Of a DNA stretch of 64,000 nucleotides, positions 55,954 to 64,000 are shown in pieces. This DNA is from Dehalococcoidia bacterium (GTDB taxonomy: Bacteria; Chloroflexota; Dehalococcoidia; Lucifugimonadales; QGNO01). A program made the position numbers and the translations under genes. Position 1 is the stretch's first letter. Each line of letters begins with the position of its first letter. The notes under the pieces were generated by a model that did not search any database, was not told the origin of the DNA, and saw nothing but the letters and a program-made list of their open reading frames with translations. Location of the stretch: positions 1,844,444-1,908,443 of the forward strand of contig OZ220698.1 in assembly GCA_965116555.1 (NCBI GenBank), read 5' to 3'.

Positions 55954-57494
55954 TGCCAAAGCAAGGAATGCTGACCGGGTTTCTAACCTGGGTGAGCTCG
56001 TCAAGCGCGCTGCTCTGGGCCACGTTCCTCATGGAAGCCATGTGGTTCTATCTTTGGATGATATGGCTGGGCCAGTGGGATAGCTTTGGCATTGGCGAGA
56101 TGCCGTTCACTCCCTTTTCTATCCTCCTGATTCTCTGGGCAAGCTATTACGGGGTACAGATCATAGGGCAACAGAAATGGGCCACAGGCAGGACTCGTCT
56201 AACGGCCAGCCTACTGGTAGTGGTGCTTCTGGGAGCAGTGGCAAGGCTGGAAAACGGCGGCGGCTACGGCCTGCTGGACCCCGGCTGGTTGGGTTTCGCA
56301 CGCGAGAGCCTGGTGGGTGGAATCCCCACAGGCCTCCAGGTAACCCTTCTAGGCGGAGCTTATCTGTGGTGGAGAGGTTTCAGAATTGCCCAAGAAGGAT
56401 TGGACAGAGAACAGGTCCTCTCTTCCTTCAAGGTAGGCCTGACGGCAATTGTCCTTGGCCTGCTGGTCTGGGAAACGGCGTTGCGCTCCGGTTCAGAATT
56501 CGGAGCTACTAGAACCCAGGCAGTTGCCATTGCGTCCGTCTTCTTCTTGTCAGGGGTTTCTGCTTTGGCGCTAAGCCACATCATGCGGGCCAGGGCAGAC
56601 CTGGCAAGGCATGAAGGCTTGCAGCAGAGCTTCATAACGCAGTGGGCCGTGGTGCTCCTGGGCGTTGCGGGGGGAATGTTGTTGGTGGGATGGATCCTGG
56701 CAGGATTGCTCTCCCTGGACGTCTGGCAGCCCCTGTTAAACGTCTTATCTTTCGCCGCCTACCTGATGGGGCTGGTGGTCTACGTGATACTACTGCCGAT
56801 CGCCTTTCTAGCCGCGGGCATGGTCTTTGCCGTGCAGTGGATTATCAGCCAGTTCGGAGGGGGAACAGTACCCAATTTGGAGCTGCCCGACTTCAGCGCT
56901 CTGAGAAGGATACCGGAAGAGGGAGACCCAGCCACCGGTTCTCCGGCTTGGGTTGTCATAGTGAAGTGGGCGGTGCTTGTTTTGGTGCTTAGCGCCCTGG
57001 TCTACTTGCTGGCGAAGCTGGTGCTTAGACGGCGCTCCGGCTTCACCGTTGGCGAGAGCGTACCTGAAGTCAACGAATCCATTGGGTCGTGGTCAAACGC
57101 TATACGTGACATCCTTACAGGACTGATCATGTTCGTGCTGTGGTTCAGACAGAAGGGAAGTGCTTTGCGTCGCAAGGTGCCCTTTCTCCGGACTTCTGCC
57201 ACACCCAGCTACTATGGCGACATGGAAATCAGGCAGCTGTACAGCAGCCTCCTCTACGAAACGAGGCAAGCCGGGTTCCCCAAGGAGGAAAGCCAGACGC
57301 CGTACGACTACTTGCCTGAGCTGGAGAAGCGACTGGTTGAGGACAGAGAGGCTTTGCAAGCCATCACAAAGGACTACGTAGAGAACCGCTACGGTGAGCG
57401 TCCCATAGAGGGCGCGGAACTGAGTATGCTGAACCGTTTATGGCGAACGGTGCTGGTGCGCGTACGCAATACGGGTGGCAAGAAAAAGAGGTAG
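55953..57494 (+). CDS. polytopic membrane protein with C-terminal DUF4129-like domain (TgpA-like scaffold lacking a transglutaminase core)
   Basis: The ATG overlaps the DUF58 stop (TGATG). At least 8 TM helices. The C-terminus ...IRQLYSSLLYETRQAGFPKEESQTPYDYLPEL....YVENRYGERP is the DUF4129 pattern. The translated protein contains no cysteine. Confidence 0.65.
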   Translation: MPKQGMLTGFLTWVSSSSALLWATFLMEAMWFYLWMIWLGQWDSFGIGEMPFTPFSILLILWASYYGVQIIGQQKWATGRTRLTASLLVVVLLGAVARLENGGGYGLLDPGWLGFARESLVGGIPTGLQVTLLGGAYLWWRGFRIAQEGLDREQVLSSFKVGLTAIVLGLLVWETALRSGSEFGATRTQAVAIASVFFLSGVSALALSHIMRARADLARHEGLQQSFITQWAVVLLGVAGGMLLVGWILAGLLSLDVWQPLLNVLSFAAYLMGLVVYVILLPIAFLAAGMVFAVQWIISQFGGGTVPNLELPDFSALRRIPEEGDPATGSPAWVVIVKWAVLVLVLSALVYLLAKLVLRRRSGFTVGESVPEVNESIGSWSNAIRDILTGLIMFVLWFRQKGSALRRKVPFLRTSATPSYYGDMEIRQLYSSLLYETRQAGFPKEESQTPYDYLPELEKRLVEDREALQAITKDYVENRYGERPIEGAELSMLNRLWRTVLVRVRNTGGKKKR

Positions 57495-57522
57495 CCGCGC
57501 TTGGCTTCTGAGTGGCGAGGGG

Positions 57523-57876
57523 TTAAATATACAACTTCGGTGTAGGAATCAGCCTCTCATTGGTAGTGTCGGGGATCAATCCGAGCACTTGAAGGCTTAT
57601 CGCTCCGAGCAGATAGTGTCCCTCTACGCCGAACACCACGGGACTAATAGCTTCTCTATCCTCGACATAAATGCGAGCTTCACCCATTGAGAATGGCATC
57701 TCTCTGCCGTCGGCAAGCGTGAATATCTCGCTTCTCTTTTCTTGTATGCCTAACAGCGTCAGCAAGGAAGCAGGCAACGCGGTGTGTGAAGCGCCCGTGT
57801 CTACCAAGGCTTCAACCCATTGAGTATCGCCGCCATTGCCGTTATTTATACCTAGGCGTGTCTGGATCAATCCCAT
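57523..57876 (-). CDS. stand-alone retropepsin-like (clan AA) aspartic protease
   Basis: 117 aa. ALVDTGASHTALP active-site motif and a later ..LLG...L flap/dimer region. Confidence 0.7.
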   Translation of the reverse strand: MGLIQTRLGINNGNGGDTQWVEALVDTGASHTALPASLLTLLGIQEKRSEIFTLADGREMPFSMGEARIYVEDREAISPVVFGVEGHYLLGAISLQVLGLIPDTTNERLIPTPKLYI

Positions 57877-57902
57877 ACCAAGTACCGCCTTTCTACTACA
57901 TT

Positions 57903-57911
57903 AATATAGCA
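57903..57911 (-). promoter_or_regulatory. extended -10-like element (TGcTATATT) in front of the retropepsin gene
   Basis: The minus strand reads tTGcTATATTaatgtagtagaaaggcggtacttggtATG, within the 59-nt gap after rpoC. Confidence 0.3.
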
Positions 57912-57935
57912 GAAAATCCAAGGATACCGGGTGAG

Positions 57936-62039
<4,104 letters not shown>

Positions 62040-62107
62040 GCTTTCCAGTCTCCTTGATGTAATGGGCTTGGCGCTTTCTAGCCCCTCTAATCCTCTAGGC
62101 TCTGCCC

Positions 62108-64000
62108 TTAGGCATCTCCGGTATCTTCTTTAGCTACGTCGTCTTCCGAGGGAGCCTCTTGTTCCGCCTGCTCAGATTCTTCCGAGGAAGCGTTGTCTTC
62201 TACCACCGCTTGAATATCTTCAGAAGGTGCGCTTTCCTCCGCAGTCTCCTGAGCGTCAGACTGCTCAGATTCTTCCGAGGAAGCGTTGTCTTCTACCACC
62301 GCTTGAATATCTTCAGAAGGTGCGCTGTCTGTCACAGTCTCCTGAGCGTCAGACTGCTCAGATTCTTCCGAGGAAGCGTTGTCTTCTACTATGGCCTGAT
62401 CATCTTCAGAAGATGCGCTTTCCTCCACAGGCTCCTGAGCGTCAGTTGCAATGGAGCCTTCATTTTCCAGGGCGATCTGGGCTATGGAAGGAGGATCAAA
62501 TTGAAAACCGGCGCTCTCTTCCACGTCGGAAGACCAGTCGATCCCTTCTTCGGCGCCGCTGAGAAGCTCCACAGACAGGCCCAAGCTCTGCAACTCTTTG
62601 AGCAGTACGTGGAAAGACTCGGGCACACCGGGTTGAACTATGTCTTCCCCTTTGACAATGGACTCGTAGGTCTTGACACGGCCAACCACATCATCCGACT
62701 TGACGGTAAGTATTTCCTGAAGGTTATGGGCAGCGCTATAAGCTTCCAGGGCCCACACCTCCATCTCTCCGAATCGCTGGCCGCCGAACTGGGCCTTGCC
62801 GCCCAAAGGCTGCTGCGTGATCAGAGAATACGGGCCGGTGGACCTGGCGTGAATCTTGTCTTCCACCAGGTGGATGAGCTTCATCATGTAAATGTAGCCA
62901 ACCGTCACCGGATGATCAAAAGGCTCACCGCTGCGTCCATCGTAGAGCAAGGACTTGCCGAAGGTAGGCGCCACGTTTTTGCCCTCTACGCTGAGAGCGC
63001 GCACGCGAGCCACAAGCTCCTCATGCTCCATTTGGGAAGCGTCCACACCCATCTCTTCTTTGAGCCAAAGCCTAAGGCATGCTTCGGCAGCAATACCCGC
63101 CTTTTCTTCATTGAACAGGTCATTGGCGTCATAGCCGCGCTCGCCAAGCCAGTGTTGCAACTTGGCGTCTGACGTTGCCCCGTTTGAACTGCCGTTTCCG
63201 CTGTATCCATTGCTAGAGACAGCCCCGGAACGCTGGAAGAACCAAGCCCGGGCCAGGGCATCTTGAATCCTGGCGTCTTGAGCGCCGTCAAAAACGGGGG
63301 TTACCGCCGAGAAATTGAGGGTCTTAGCCGCCCAGCCCAGATGCGTCTCCAGCACCTGGCCAAGGTTCATTCTGGATGGGACGCCAATGGGGTTGAGAAT
63401 AATGTCCACGGGCGTGCCGTCCGGTAGAAACGGCATGTCTTCAACCGGCAGAATCCGCGAGATGACTCCCTTGTTGCCGTGGCGGCCCGCCATCTTGTCG
63501 CCCGCGGCGACCTTGCGGGTCTGAGCCACCCAAACCCTGACCAGCTTGTTGACGCTGGGCGGCAGCTCATCCTTGTTCTCCCTTGTAAGCACCTTGACGT
63601 CTATGACTTTGCCTCGCTCACCGTGGGGAACGCGCAGGGAGTTATCCTTGACATCGCGGGCTTTCTCTCCAAAGATGGCGCGAAGCAGCTTTTCTTCGGC
63701 AGTGAGCTCCGTCTCGCCCTTCGGAGTTATCTTGCCCACCAGGATATCCCCCGGGTCGACTTCCGCTCCTACGAGCACGACGCCTTCCTCATCCAGGTTG
63801 CGCAGGCTATCTTCACCCACGTTTGGAATATCCCGGGTTATCTCCTCAGGACCTAGCTTGGTGTCCCTAGCCTCCGCCTCATACTTTTCGATATGGATGG
63901 AGGTGAACTTGTCCTCTTCAAGAAGCCGTTCGCTGATGATGATGGCATCCTCATAGTTGTAGCCTTCCCAGCTCATGAACGCCACCAGCACGTTTTGTCC
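62108..64000 (-). CDS. rpoB: DNA-directed RNA polymerase subunit beta, C-terminal part (5' end outside window) with an acidic repeat tail
   Basis: [15 protein letters not shown] and [10 protein letters not shown] blocks. The frame stays open to the window edge, so the listed Met at 63991 is internal. Confidence 0.95.
   Translation of the reverse strand, partial: GQNVLVAFMSWEGYNYEDAIIISERLLEEDKFTSIHIEKYEAEARDTKLGPEEITRDIPNVGEDSLRNLDEEGVVLVGAEVDPGDILVGKITPKGETELTAEEKLLRAIFGEKARDVKDNSLRVPHGERGKVIDVKVLTRENKDELPPSVNKLVRVWVAQTRKVAAGDKMAGRHGNKGVISRILPVEDMPFLPDGTPVDIILNPIGVPSRMNLGQVLETHLGWAAKTLNFSAVTPVFDGAQDARIQDALARAWFFQRSGAVSSNGYSGNGSSNGATSDAKLQHWLGERGYDANDLFNEEKAGIAAEACLRLWLKEEMGVDASQMEHEELVARVRALSVEGKNVAPTFGKSLLYDGRSGEPFDHPVTVGYIYMMKLIHLVEDKIHARSTGPYSLITQQPLGGKAQFGGQRFGEMEVWALEAYSAAHNLQEILTVKSDDVVGRVKTYESIVKGEDIVQPGVPESFHVLLKELQSLGLSVELLSGAEEGIDWSSDVEESAGFQFDPPSIAQIALENEGSIATDAQEPVEESASSEDDQAIVEDNASSEESEQSDAQETVTDSAPSEDIQAVVEDNASSEESEQSDAQETAEESAPSEDIQAVVEDNASSEESEQAEQEAPSEDDVAKEDTGDA
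62168..62446. repeat. tandem repeat, 3 x 93 bp, inside the 3' end of rpoB
   Basis: Unit starts at 62168, 62261 and 62354 (ctgctcagattcttccgaggaagcgttgtcttctac...). It encodes three 31-aa acidic units DAQE...[20 protein letters not shown]. Confidence 0.9.

Overview
This is a high-G+C bacterial chromosomal window; coding regions I spot-checked run about 60% G+C. Gene content and repeat style fit a Chloroflexota-like organism, but that is inference only. I support about 58 protein genes, one tRNA-Asn and no rRNA, CRISPR array, transposase or integrase.

Housekeeping anchors:
- rpoB (partial) and rpoC at the 3' end
- ftsH, fumC, fabI and a greA-like gene
- the lutABC lactate-utilisation operon, glxK, nhaA, chrA, bioY and bcp
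- two M1 aminopeptidases

The first ~22 kb is accessory-like. It holds four paralogous MFS_3-type transporters, two ABC solute-binding proteins (one frameshifted) and an EamA transporter. It also holds three diverged paralogues of an uncharacterised ~450-aa double-hotdog protein, each with its own promoter and terminator. Two low-G+C orphan genes, a DUF2971 protein and an HNH nuclease, sit convergently right behind two of those paralogues.

Intergenic DNA is heavily colonised by a modular family of short palindromic (REP-like) repeats, here called modules A-D. These recur as an ordered D-C-A-B super-repeat. A ~300-nt mosaic repeat is present twice in inverted orientation about 27 kb apart, each copy just upstream of a gene.

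Other notable items:
- a perfect 3 x 93-bp tandem repeat encoding an acidic tail on RpoB
- a GreA with an N-terminal extension and an apparently leaderless transcript
- a MoxR-DUF58-DUF4129 operon whose membrane component has no cysteine
- a stand-alone retropepsin next to rpoC
- a structured terminator-like leader before lutA
- a PIN-domain gene relic

All homology calls rest on motifs read by eye from the translations. No database search was run.
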